64,000 nucleotides of DNA from Hydrolagus affinis (Eukaryota), in assembly GCA_012026655.1 (NCBI GenBank), contig JAAILG010000390.1, forward strand, positions 1 to 64,000, in the 5' to 3' direction. This document shows positions 37,363-49,385 of this stretch, piece by piece (position 1 is the first letter of the stretch; every line of letters begins with the position of its first letter). The notes under the pieces are model-generated. The model saw nothing but the letters and a program-made list of their open reading frames with translations. It did no database searches and was not told the origin of the DNA. Position numbers and translations under genes: made by a program.

Positions 37363-37682
37363 TAATCCAGGCAAGTCAGGGCGAAACCTTGGGCAAGTTT
37401 CCTTACTTCACAGGCCTAATAATAATCCCTCTAAAAAATAAATGAAATGGTCATTTCAATCCATGTTTGTGGGATACTGCTGTGTGCAATTGGCTGCCGC
37501 GTTTCGCCCCATAAATATACAGTCAATTAGGTTAGGATTAAGGACTAACAGAGAGAGGAGAGGCAGGGCAAGGAAGACAAAGGAGAAAATGGGGTAGAGG
37601 ACAGGAGATGATGGGTAAAGGGGTGTTTGATGGTGCAAAACAAAGTGGGAGGGTTGCAGCAAAGCTGGAGAGAAGAGGTGTT
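37363..37682. mobile_element. SINE fragment (+, 37363-37528) fused to a Penelope 3' UTR fragment (-, 37538-37682)
   Basis: The SINE stops at 'atacagtcaatt'; the next ~145 bp closely match 39232-39379 ('ttaaggacta..agagag.ggagaggcagggcaaggaagacaaaggagaaaatggggtagaggacaggagatgatggg'). Confidence 0.85.
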
Positions 37683-37734
37683 AGGATAATCACTTAACTC
37701 TTTCATTTTGGGGTATAGCATCTTATGACATTGT

Positions 37735-37980
37735 TAAGACTTTTCAAAGCAGTTCATAGTGAAGTGAGGGTATAAAGTGAATTCACTGTATTTTGTGGGC
37801 AAATGTGCTTGCCAGTTTGCGCACAGTAATGTCCCACAAACTGCCATAGAGTGACTGACCAATTTTATTTGGCAGATTGTTAGCAACAAATACCTTTCTC
37901 TGTTTGAACAGTGCCATGATATCTTTAACATCCATTTGAATAGGCAAACAGGACCTCAATTTAACATCTTATCCAGAGAG
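37735..37980 (-). mobile_element. Older DeuSINE fragment
   Basis: 'aagtgaattcactgtattttgtgggcaaa..gccagtttgcgcacagtaatgtcccacaaac', 'tttgaacagtgccatgatatctttaacatccattt'. Confidence 0.7.
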
Positions 37981-39139
37981 GTAACATCGATTGAAGGTTT
38001 TAAAGAAAATGGATGGATATTTCAGACATCGGAGGATTATCAGGTATGGAGAAAAGGTGGGAAATGGGGATTAAAGGATCTGTCCAAACTGGTAGATCAG
38101 ACCCAAGGGCCTGATAGGGTTTCATCTGTTTCAGAGTTGGTAACTATTGGCAAATGGTTTCCAGATAACACTTAAGTCCAGGATCCTGGTTGCTGTAACA
38201 AGAAAATGGTTGGGTTGATTTGGAGTAGGATGAAAGCGAAGGATCTTCCTTCTTCATCAAACCTCTCTAGTGATCTTGCTTAACTATAAAAGAATTTCTC
38301 CTTTGTATGTTGGTCCCTTTATAAAAATAGAAACAGATTGCTGGTGGCACAGGCAACAAAGGAAGCAATTGGCAAAGCAAGTGAACACGTCTCTTAATGA
38401 GGTGTACATGACAATGAAGCGATTTCAGAAGAAAAAACCTTTTATTCCCAAACACAAAATAATTACAATAAGAAATGTTTCGCTGTGAAACGTGTGTCAC
38501 AATTCTGAACAGTTGGCATAAACATGCTTTTGATAAAGCACTTCCATCTGTTGGAATGATTTGAAAGTTACAGTACTTTTTAATATTGGGCATAGATATT
38601 TAAAATACTGTACTACAGATCTCACAAATTAAGGATGTGAACCAGACCTGATGAAGGCAGAACATTTACTTATCATATTGCTCAGTGAAAGTTTATCAGT
38701 ATTAGGTTTGGAAATAAATGACTTAAATCTGAACATTTTGTTCCAAATCAGAGCACCATTTGCCTGCAAATACACAGTCATTACACATGACAGAAATAAT
38801 CAGTAAAATGCTGCGAAACATTTCAATGTTATTCGGCCTGGTTTTGAATGTCATGGTACTGCATTCAGCTTAGTTTTAATCTCAGCAGATGTCTCACTCA
38901 CACTGATTCCTATCAAAATTGTGGCTGGATGTGCAGCCACCGAGACCTGTGACACTGTCTGGCAAAGGCAGTGGATGTGTCTGACGGCAAAGCTAGTTTA
39001 TTTGGAGTTTAATAAAGTACAGTGGGGTACTGTAATTTACACCAGATACTATGACCTGAGATTGATACTGAAGCATTTTTCATCTTGCGTTAATTACATT
39101 CCCTCATCAAAGCCAGTCAATGACTGGGTATTTTTGAAA

Positions 39140-39700
39140 CAACAAAACAAAATAAAAAACGAAAACACTGGGAAACTCAGTAGGCCAGGCAGCATCTATG
39201 GAGAAAAGTGAGAGTTGGGAGAAAGAGTCTTTTAAGGACTAATAGAGAGCGGAGAGGCAGGGCAAGGAAGACAAAGGAGAAAATGGGGTAGAGGACAGGA
39301 GATGATGGGTTAAAAGGGTGTTTGATGGTGCAAAACAAAGTGGTGGGGGTTGCAACAAAACTGGAGAGAAGAGGTGTTAATGCAAAAAGGGGGGAAATTG
39401 CAACAGAACAGACAGACAAGAAAGAGAAAAGGTGTGTCTGGGATCCAGATGATGTGGCAATGGTCACAGAACAGCTCACCTTCCCCATCACCTGAGCTAT
39501 TATGGTATGAAATTGTTTGAATCAAAATTGAGGCCGGAGGGCTGTAAGGTCCCTAGCAGATGGATGAGTTGCCATTCCTCAAGCTGTGAATGATTTGAAC
39601 AGCGTAGGAGACCATGGATGGAGAGATCAGAGTGCAAGTGGGAAGGAGAGTTGAAATGGCAAGAAAACGGAAGCTCTGGGTTTTGCTTGCTTTGCAGACA
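39140..39700 (-). mobile_element. Penelope-like retroelement 3' fragment: GIY-YIG endonuclease C-terminus, 3' UTR and pLTR end
   Basis: 39679->39500 translates without internal stops as PELPFSCHFNSPSHLHSDLSIHGLLRCSNHSQLEEWQLIHLLGTLQPSGLNFDSNNFIP*, matching the PLE motif HFN..H..D...EExxLIxxLGTLxPxGLN. Confidence 0.88.
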
Positions 39701-40984
39701 AAACTGGTTATGAAAACAGAGTTTTTATGTCTTGATTTCCTGGAGTAATACTGGAAATACATCATTTGATATGACAGTCAAATGTTACATCATAACATTT
39801 TGAAGTCAGCACAAATATCCAATTCTTGACACACCAACAAAATGTGTCTCAATGGGTCAGAGTATCAACATAGGAATTCTTTGTGAATATCTCCATTGGC
39901 CTATTATTTCAAAGCTGCACATTTAATGAACAATATTTATTGTGTAAATATTTTATGGCTGTAAAACAGCAGAGCATAACTGGAACCTTTTAAAAAGGGA
40001 GATTTATGAAAATCTTAAATGCAAACATTTGGAATAAGACTTGCTTGCTTTTGTTTCATAAATGTTTCCCTATTGTATAAATATGTACTGTATTACATAT
40101 ATATTTCCAAGGAAAATAGTCCTGCATGATATTTCATTATACTGTATAAGACAATTGTTTCTAAATATAAAATTAGTTGCTTTATTCTGTAAGATGTCAT
40201 AGAATGCATTCTGTCTATGAAAGAATGTTTCTACTCAATGTCAGAAGCAAAAATTTAGAGGCACAACAGAGATTCCAAGGAATCAGACAAAAGCAGTTTA
40301 GAATTGTAAGGTATTCCTTGCAGAGTGAAACCATGCACACAGTGAATCACAGTTCCATGTCTACAAGGGTTCCAACACATTATACAGTACGATGTATAGT
40401 AGACACTGCTGTGGGAATTTGGTATGAAATTTAGGAGCAAGCGGGGTCAATTTTGCGATATTGCTAACCAGGATCTCATTAAGAAATCCAAATAAGTACA
40501 TCTCTTGGTAACAGGAAGTATGTCACAATGACTCAAGGGAAACCCTGCTCTCAAAATAGATTCCTTTGGAGTGTTCCTGAGAGTTTGCCACACAGATTTC
40601 TTAATTTGAATTTTTTTCAGGTAAACTTTATTTTTGAGATGGACTGATGTTAACCACACACTCTGTAATGTCTCCTTATCACCTGGCCTCACTAAAGGCA
40701 ATTTTGTTTTGTTTGCTTGCATTACTTTTACAAAACAGTCTATGTATAATTCAGGGATATTATTTGTTTTTTGAAGTAAAGTATATTTATACAGTTACAA
40801 GTAATAATAATAATAATAATCCTCGCATTGGATACAATAAGCATGTGACTTAACATGAATTCTTGTGGTCTTGTGATCTATCTCTCAACCTATATCATCT
40901 AGAAACATAGAGGAATATTTTATTTGGAACAGATTATTCTATTCTGAGTGAATCGGATTTGTAATGGAAAAACAGTTCACATTC

Positions 40985-41316
40985 CGATACACTTTTGTGT
41001 GCAATTTGGCCGCCACGTTTCGCCCACAAATATACAGTCAGTTTTCCTGATCTCCTTCCCCCTATTCCAACCCCTCGCCTTACCCTCTTTACACCCTTTC
41101 TCCCCTAACCCCATTTCCACGACTGTTTGTGGGACACTGTTGTGTGCAATTTGGCTGCCGTGTTTCACCCACAAATATACAGTCAATTTTCCTAGTCTCC
41201 TGCCCCCTACCCCGACCACTCCCCCCTGCTCTGGTCCCTACCTGACTGATCAGCGCCTTGGGACGTCCTCTCGACGTGAAAGGCGCTCTATAAATGTAAT
41301 TTTGATTGATTGATTG
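40985..41316 (+). mobile_element. Chimeric repeat: SINE core, pyrimidine-rich spacer, SINE core, L2 3' end
   Basis: Two 'tgtgtgcaatttggc.gcc..gtttc.cccacaaatatacagtca' cores, each followed by C/T-rich L2-UTR-like sequence; ends 'cagcgccttgggacgtcctctcgacgtgaaaggcgctctataaatgtaatt(ttga)n'. Confidence 0.75.
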
Positions 41317-41330
41317 ATATTAATTAATTT

Positions 41331-41643
41331 GTGGAATCCTGTATCTCAGTGGTTAGAGCACTCGACTTACAAGCGAGAGACTTGGGTTCAATTCCAGGCA
41401 GGGTGGAAGCTTGGGCAAGTTTCCTTACTTCACAAGCCTGATAATAATCCACAAAGAAAAACAAACAATAATGCATTGGTCATTTCAATCCACAACTGTT
41501 TGTGGGACACTGCTGTGTGCAATTGGCTGCTGTGTTTCACCCACAAATATACAGTTAATTCACTTTACAGTATATTCTGTGAAGCGCTTTGAGACATCTA
41601 GAAGACGTGATAGCGGCTATATCAAATGCAAGGATTATTATTT
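41331..41643 (+). mobile_element. tRNA SINE, full length (short-head subfamily)
   Basis: A box 'tatctcagtgg', arm ctcga-cttacaa-gcgag, B box 'ggttcaattcc', core, tail. Confidence 0.92.
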
Positions 41644-41885
41644 TTAAATCACTCATCACATAGAAATAATGACTCAGAGGTCTTTACAGTGTTGGGATGA
41701 GTACATAACAGGGGAAGAGAGGGGAAAGTGACCGTAAGAGACACCTAAAAATAATCATAATAATTTATATTTGACAGAGACAGAACATACTATTACATAT
41801 TACTCTGTGTCTTAGCATGACAAGAATTCTCATTATTTTATCATAACCCGAGCAAAGAATATCTTTGTGATCAAATCATACTCAT

Positions 41886-42156
41886 TACAAGCGTGAGACC
41901 TGTATTTTAAATCCAGGCAGATCAGGGCGAAATCTTGGGCAAGTTTTGTTACTCCACATGCCTAATAATAATCCCTCCAAAAAAAACTCAATAATAAAAT
42001 TGGTCATTTCAATCCATGACTGTTTGTGGGACACTGCTATGCACATTTGGCTGCCACAAATATACAGTCAATTCACTTTACAGTATATTCTGTGAAGCCC
42101 TTTGAGACATCTAGAAGACGTGAAAAGTGCTATATCAAATGCAACGATTATTATTT
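41886..42156 (+). mobile_element. tRNA SINE, 5'-truncated
   Basis: Starts at 'ttacaagcgtgagacctg'; core and tail present. Confidence 0.9.
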
Positions 42157-42620
42157 TTTTAAATTTATTATAACATGGCCCAAGTCCCCCTCCCTAACAG
42201 CCGTTTCTAGTGGTTAATCACCCTCTGATCTGTCTGGAAACTCTTGTTCTACTTTCTCAGAGCATCGTAAAGTATAGTTCTCTGTATTTACTTTTTTTCT
42301 GAATCCCAAAGTAAAGCGCTTGCATTTTAAGGAATCTTGGTCCTTCAAAAGGAAGCGCAATTAATTTGATTTCAAAATCTGAAAAGGATTTTTTTTTCTC
42401 ATCTCTTACATATTGCAGGTGTCAGCATCTGTATTCCATTCCTGAAAATGCTTCAACAGATCTTAAAGTGTTAGAAATGTTCCATCCTGCTGACAGCTTG
42501 CACACTACATTGGCACACTAGTTTTGCAAATTGGTCTTTCTTTCTACTCCAGCTATCAAAAGAGCAATTTTCAATTCAGTGCTTTAAACTTTAATTGCAG
42601 CTCACTCTTCATTCTCTGAC

Positions 42621-42935
42621 ATAATAATAATCCTAGCATCTTATCGACGTCCCAAAGCGCTTCACAGAATATACTGTAAAGTGAATTGACTATATATTTG
42701 TAGGCGAATCGCGGCAGCTAATTGCGCACAGCAGTGTCCCACAAACAGTCATGGATTGAAATGACCAATTTTATTATTGTGTTTTTTTTGGATGGATTAT
42801 TATTATTAGGCATGTGGAGTAAGGAAACTTGCTCAAGATTTTGCCCAGACCTGCCTGGATTCGAACACAGGTCTTCCCAGCTTGGTCTCCCCAGCTTGCA
42901 AGACAAGTGCTCTAACCACTGAGCCACATAATCTC
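42621..42935 (-). mobile_element. tRNA SINE, duplicated-head subfamily, internal deletion in tail
   Basis: 'ggtcttcccagcttggtctccccagcttgcaagacaagtgctctaaccactgagccac'. Confidence 0.92.
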
Positions 42936-43169
42936 CAATCAACTCAACCAACAGAAACATCTCACGTAAAACAATGATTAGTCATCTTCTGTACATGTTC
43001 AAAACTTTTGTTTGTTTCTTGTGATGTCCAAACAGCCCTTTTGTTGATTCATCTCTCACTAATTCATGCATAATTCTTGATTTTTCATTTCCTGGTAGCA
43101 AATTGTGCAAATAAACTGCATTGAATCTCCTCCAATTATTCTGCTGAAGAGATGAGCACATAAAGCACC

Positions 43170-43480
43170 TCTGATGGCTCAGTTGGAAAAGCATTTGCCC
43201 ACAAAGGTGGAGAAGATACTAAGTTAGATTCTCAGTGTGTTCTTGCTAAACGTGGCAGTGAAACTGGACTCAAACAATGTCCGGGTGAAAATAAGCATTA
43301 GGCTCTTAGTCTTCCTGGACAAAACGTTTGAGAGGCTGTTGAGCAAGAATGGACCATGATCCCCTCGCGACAGCTCATGTAGCCTACCAACTACTCACTA
43401 CAGAGTTTGAGATACCACTATTGTGGAATTAAATCTTGGCATGAGTCAATGTTTTGAGGAGAGAAGAAACTGGAGGAGGC
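43170..43480 (+). mobile_element. Different, ancient tRNA-like SINE (highly diverged)
   Basis: Begins 'ctgatggctcagttgg' (A-box-like) and ends 'ggcatgagtcaatgttttgaggagagaaga'; family not confidently identified. Confidence 0.35.
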
Positions 43481-43675
43481 AGAAAAGAGAAGAGGTAACT
43501 TGCTCTCAAGACATACAAAAACTATCCAGCATCATTTAAGAAAATAGATTGTATCATCTGCTCTATAAACTTTTTAACCTACAATAGAAAATATATCAAA
43601 TGGATTATTTCGTCAGCTGATATCCATTCTCATTTTTTTAAACCAAGGCTTTAACCTGCAAGGGAAGGCACTGGG

Positions 43676-43726
43676 GTAACACTGGAATCAGTTGGAACTG
43701 CTGTAACACTGGAATCAGTTGCAACT
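43676..43726. repeat. Tandem duplication, 27-bp period
   Basis: gtaacactggaatcagttggaactgct / gtaacactggaatcagttgcaact. Confidence 0.9.
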
Positions 43727-45021
43727 AGCCATTATTAAGCTCTAGATAATTTTATGTCCCGCATTTATGCATTTATATTGATTCTCTCGGTTCTGTCTGC
43801 TAACTGCAAAGTACCAACACCATATGTTTTAAGATAGACCAAAAGCTGCATCTGAGCAGATGTCATAACCAGCAAATACAACCCTCTGGTTTCATTATCT
43901 ACCTCGGTTGCTAATGATTTTTACTGCCTGCAGCTCAGTTCAGACCTGGTTCCATACAGATAAGTAAAATCACTGAGGGCCAACCCAGCTGATTAATGGA
44001 AACACCATGCTAATTTGGGAAGATTCAATAAGATTTCTTGTTTGCTTTTTAATCGTGAAAATAGATCATGTGAGTAATTTTGGAATCTGCATCGGGAAAT
44101 ATTCCTGTGGGTGTTTTTGATTTGGTGCATTTTATGTGAATTATACATTTCCTTTGAAAATGTCCTTTGAGTAGAAACCCTCAAATATTTATAAGCTACT
44201 TGGGAGAGATATTCATTATTGATTGATTAAAAGGTTTTACAGGTATTCTTTTCATCATATCTTGGTGATTGTTATATGTATATGCATAATGTATTCAGTT
44301 ATGTATCTATTTATATATCATTTATGTACATATAGACACACATATACACTCACACATAGTAAAATTGTATATTGAATACAAAACAAAATATAGTCATCAA
44401 TGAAGGGCTAAGAGACCTGAAAGAAACTATAAACAAATGAGTAATTATGCTAATCTGACAATCTAGTTACTGCACAAGAGTTTGAGATGTAAATGATCCC
44501 TTACTAATTATTCAGTTGCATTTGTTATCATCCCTTCTTCAGCTTCAATCCCACACCTGCCTAACAATACTTCACTTGAAGATTTCGAATTATAGCCAAC
44601 AAAGCCTGTCTGGAGTAGAAGACTACACCTTGTTGAATCACTGGGCAAGCAGCAAGCTTTATTGGATCTTAAGAGCGGGACTACCAACGAATAGACACAA
44701 TCATCATTCCTCAAGAAAAAACCTCCTCCAACAGAAAGGTTTGCAAATCGTTAAGAATAAAGTTACTGAACAGTTCTTGCCTATTCATCTGATTGTAACC
44801 ATTGAAGACTGAAGAACTGCAACTCAATGTTAAAAAAGGATTCAATTAATTGTCTCAGTTTCTCACAATATTGGCTTTACAATTTCAGCTCTCATCATTC
44901 TATTGGGCTGGTCATTTTTGAAGTAACATAATTCTGATCAAATTAGTGTTGCCTCTGGCAAGAGGTGTGAAACCCAAACAAGATTTTGAGGTTTTGACCA
45001 AAATAAACAAATCTTGCCCAA

Positions 45022-45158
45022 ATAAAACACAAAATACTGCAAATGCTAGAAATTTTAAACAGAAACAGAAATCACTGGGAACACTTAGCAGGTCAGACAG
45101 CATCTATGGAGAAAGGAAAGTGGGTTGACATTTGGGGCCCATGACCCCTCATCAGAAG
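45022..45158 (-). mobile_element. Penelope-like pLTR repeat with degenerate hammerhead core
   Basis: Reverse complement 'ctgatgaggggtcatggggccccaaatgtcaacccactttcctttctccatagatgctgtctgacctgctaagtgttcccagtg' is homologous to 30560-30692. Confidence 0.8.
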
Positions 45159-45994
45159 GGGCTAAAATGGCCCCCATCTTCTCTGTTAATCTACTTACTA
45201 CTAAATTCCTTCCCAGTGAATAATCTTAGCAGCTATTCTCACACACTAAACCTTCAAGCTCTAAGTACATATACCTGAAAATATCATGTCTTCTGTTAGC
45301 TCATGAAGCACTACAGATTGCATGTTACCTATTAATAACTGCCCTTAGATTGCTACCATCTCACACTCCAAGAGACAAATACAGCTTTCTTTACCACCAG
45401 GGGAAAATAAATTGAAAGCAACGGAATGTGGTTGAAATGTATTCAAAAGTATTAACTCTGTTACCTTCAACTTCTTTGGGAATGAAAAATGGTATTGGTA
45501 AAAATAAATCTCAACATGCCAATATAAAATACTGAAGCAACTTAGCTTAGCATCTCCAGAAAGAGAACGGAGATGATGTGGGAATTCCGAGTTTGAATTA
45601 TCTAGGAAATTAATTTAAAAAGGTGAAGAAATACACCATGAAATGTTTTGCATTTCCTAGAGTATTGTGTAGATTCCTTTTCAATATACTTAAGGGAAAT
45701 TTGGGGTGAAGGATATCAACGGGGAGATTCAAATGGACAGATGGCAGCACATCTGCTCCTTTTTAAGGTTATGTGAGGAGTCGCATTCTGTTGTTAATTG
45801 TCTCAATGCTAATATTGAATTATAATACGGTTACAACTGATATGAGCTTACAGCAGCAATACTGTATAAAGGTAACAGATGGAGAAACAGTAATGCTCCC
45901 ATGCCATTCGAAGTGTATTTCCATTCAAATGGTTTTGATCAGGGTTCAATATCTGGTGATAGCTATCTAGACCTCTCGATGCCAATTATACTGG

Positions 45995-46203
45995 AATAAT
46001 AATAATCCTTGCATTTGATATGACACTTTTCACGTTTTCTAGACATCTCAAAGAGCTTCACCGAATATACTGTAAAGTTAACGGGCTGTATATTTATGGG
46101 CAAAATGCAGCAGCCAATTGCACACAGCAATGTCACACAAACATTCGTGGATTGAGAGAGCAAATTCTTATTGTTTTTTTTGGGGGATTATTATTAGGCA
46201 TGT
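45995..46203 (-). mobile_element. tRNA SINE lacking head
   Basis: (aat)n-'ccttgcatttgatatgacacttttcacg...gggattattattaggcatgtg'. Confidence 0.85.
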
Positions 46204-48954
46204 GAAATATTCAGAATATCCCAATGATGTTCGTCACAAGCTCTCTTCCAGGGAGACTTACAATGTGTAAGCCTTCTGAGATGCAACACGGCGTGAAGGG
46301 CATTATACAAATGCAAGTTGTTGTTGTTGGGTGTCTTAAACTAATTCTAAATACTCCCAATCAGGATTCCTAAAACCAACTTTGTTGACCAAAGAGATTG
46401 CCAGAGAAGAATGATTGTTTGAAAAGGAATCTGAACTTGGGCTTCCTAAATACAGAAAGGACTTATGCAGTAAAAGGAAAATTAAGCCAGATAATCGTTC
46501 GGGATAGGAGGAGTGAGTTATTTTACTGATGTATCTTTCAATAAGAAGCTCACCCTTGCTTGATACAATTGATATGTTCAGTGTTCACCACCATCACCAT
46601 CCACCCAGTGAAGGAACATTATTGAGGAGGCTTCAGAGAAAGCTTGTTTGTTACAATGAGTCCATCATTGCCAAGAAATGGCGAAATTTATGGTATTGTA
46701 ATAGTTAATTATGCACCTCTGCCCCTACACCTCCACACATTCATGTCGGGAATATGTTAAGAGTCCCTCATAATGAAAGTAAAATGGCTGCAAACTTAGA
46801 AGAAAGGGTTAATAAATTACATCTCATATGGTTCACTCTCTTCTAGACGCAAATTCATACGTTAATGTAAACAAAGAGCTAAATCACTTGCTGAAACAGC
46901 ACTGCTGAAACATGCGTAGGCTAGGGGAAATATGTTACTGGCTGATGTCCAGTAAAATCTCTAAGGAATTTTTAAATCCTGTAACCACCAGAGTAATTTT
47001 GGAGACATCTGTTCTTGCTGCAGTGTCTCCAACTGTGTTCGATTGTTAAGCGACCTCAATTTTCTATAAAAAAAACAAGTCCTTTCCCATTTCTGCAACA
47101 GTTAAAATAAAATCACCAAAAAAGCCAATAATGGATCTCATCCCGGATGATAAGTGTGAGACCAGAAATGGTCAGATATGTTTGTTGACAAGAGCATACG
47201 GAAACACAGCTCCTGGTCTGTGCCTCCCTCTTCTGGGTATCAATAAACTTAGCTAAATTTCTATTTATGTTGACTTGAGCATACTTCAGACGGCAACAAC
47301 ATACCCTTGCTAAATTACACAGAAGCATAAATTGGTTTACATTGCCAGGGGTGATCATACAATTTGGTGTGCTTACCTTTTGCACAAATATCAGTTGATG
47401 CCTTTGAATAAACATAACAACTAAGACGCTGTTACTTTCTCTCTCGGTACAGTACTGTACTTATAAATTGTTCTTACTTTGTGACCTAATTGGTCGTCAT
47501 TTACTTTGCTTCAGTCTTCAATCGCATATTTCAGCCAAACCATTTCCAAAACGGTGCAGCTGTTCCTTGAGTGAGTATTCTCTACATATCTGCCTACCAG
47601 TCACTGGCTGGTCACTTAATCAAATAGAACCAATACATACCGTAAATTTCTCAAACTCAGCCTATTTCACATCTTAAGATAATAATAGCTTTGAAAATTG
47701 AAGGGCATTTTACCCATCGACCAAGATTGGAAAGAAAAATGTCGAATTAGCATTATAATAAAACTCTTAAATCTCCACTCCCTGATGTAAAGATTTATTA
47801 GATTTTTTTTAAGCAATGTTTCTGATGTCATTTGGGCTGTCAGTCAACAATTTCTCAGATGAATTGATTGAAGGCAGAATATGCGCTAATACAATCTATA
47901 TCTTCCTCTTTAGTGTTTGTGTGAGTGAGTGATTACAAAAGGTTTCTTCATTTCAATGTTTAAGGGGATTTGTGTGAACAATACAGAATAAAGAAATGAG
48001 GGAGTAGATTGTGTGTAGATATAGATATATCCTACTCCTTCACCTGCTTTTATGCAGCATTGTTTACTAATATTCTCTCCCTCTCACAAACACACATACA
48101 CATGTTCATATGTAGGATTGTAGGAAATAAGTAGGTCAAGGGCTCACACTGGTTTCTTCTGACACCATTCCCACTGTCCCTCTCTTGACACTTTAAACGT
48201 TTTACTACACCGGTATTAATGTATAACAGACCAGGACAGAGAATGCATTATTTGACATTAGTTTCATTACTGGATGTGCACATTTCAGATTAAATAAACT
48301 TCAGAGAGAATCACTGGCATTTCATTGTACATTATACACAGTTCATTTGAAGTGCATGTCGCATATACTTTGGTGCTCACTCCGTAGTCTGCTGACAATT
48401 CTAGTTTTCATATTCTGAAGAGTGTTGAGTTACTTTAACTAATTATCTTGTTCAAAGTTAATTCTTGAATATTATAAATATAGTTTAAATATTGCATTGA
48501 ATAAAGTTTAGGCAAATGCATTTAACACATGTAAAAGGCAGTTGCCTGAACGTCAGTCCCAGTTATCTCTTATTTTGTTCAAGAAACAATGTGAAAACAG
48601 GTTCTAGTCCTTCACCACACTAGTGAAGTTGTAAATGGGAGTCTTCTTTTAGGACCAGCAGCTTTATGCTTTGTTACCCCGAACAATTTACCAATCTGCC
48701 ACCCAGTATCCCCCACTGATTAATTGAATCTTTTTTTGCTTAACTGGCTTATTATTCTGAAGAGCCTTTAGCCATCTCTTCTATCAGTTTTTTTGTACCT
48801 CTACTCAAAAACTTTGCCTTGAACTACACAGCATTGGATGATCCTGAAATCAGAAATAGGATTTGGCACTGTAAATTCCTGACCTTCCGGTCGTCCTCCA
48901 ACATTGCTTATCTTTATTATCAGGATGTAATTCAGATGGTTGCATTCTCAAGAA

Positions 48955-49385
48955 AAAACCCAATAATATATCAGTCATTTCAATCCACAACTGTTTGTGG
49001 GACACTGCTGTGCGCAATTGGCTGCCACGTTCGGTCCAAAAATATACAGTCAATTCACTTTATAGTATGTTCTGTGAAGTGCTTTGAGACATCTGGAAGA
49101 TGTGAAAAGTGCGATACCAAATGCAAGGATAATTACTATTCTCGCCTCCAAGTCAGAAAATTGGAGGTTCAAGTCCACAATCGGAACTTTGAATTCACGC
49201 AAGTTTAGTGCTTGGGTGAGTTACGTTGTCAGAGGCATCATCCTTTGGCTGGCACATTAAACTGAGGTCCTATGTGTACCTGCCCAGGTGTACGTTAAAG
49301 AAACTGTGGCACAATTCAGAAAGAAAAGTAAGTTTTCTCCCATAGTCCCTGGCAGCTTTTCCCAACTAAAATTGGTCATTGATTC
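48955..49385 (+). mobile_element. SINE 3' half (48955-49140) abutting an older DeuSINE fragment (49141-49385)
   Basis: Core and tail followed by 'ctcgcctccaagtcagaaaattggaggttcaagtccac...ggcacattaaactgaggtcc'. Confidence 0.75.

Noticed and set aside
41331-41405. tRNA-like sequences with A and B boxes
   Set aside because: No acceptor stem or complete cloverleaf, and each continues into the SINE body; these are SINE heads, not tRNA genes.
42390-42520. Acceptor-like site followed by YSIPENAS (cadherin-like PEN motif)
   Set aside because: Lacks the downstream cadherin A.D.D motif, has no good donor, and the frame stops within about 33 codons.
44395-44430. 'caatgaagggctaagagacctgaaag' resembling a hammerhead core
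   Set aside because: No CUGA box, weak helix II and no Penelope flanks.
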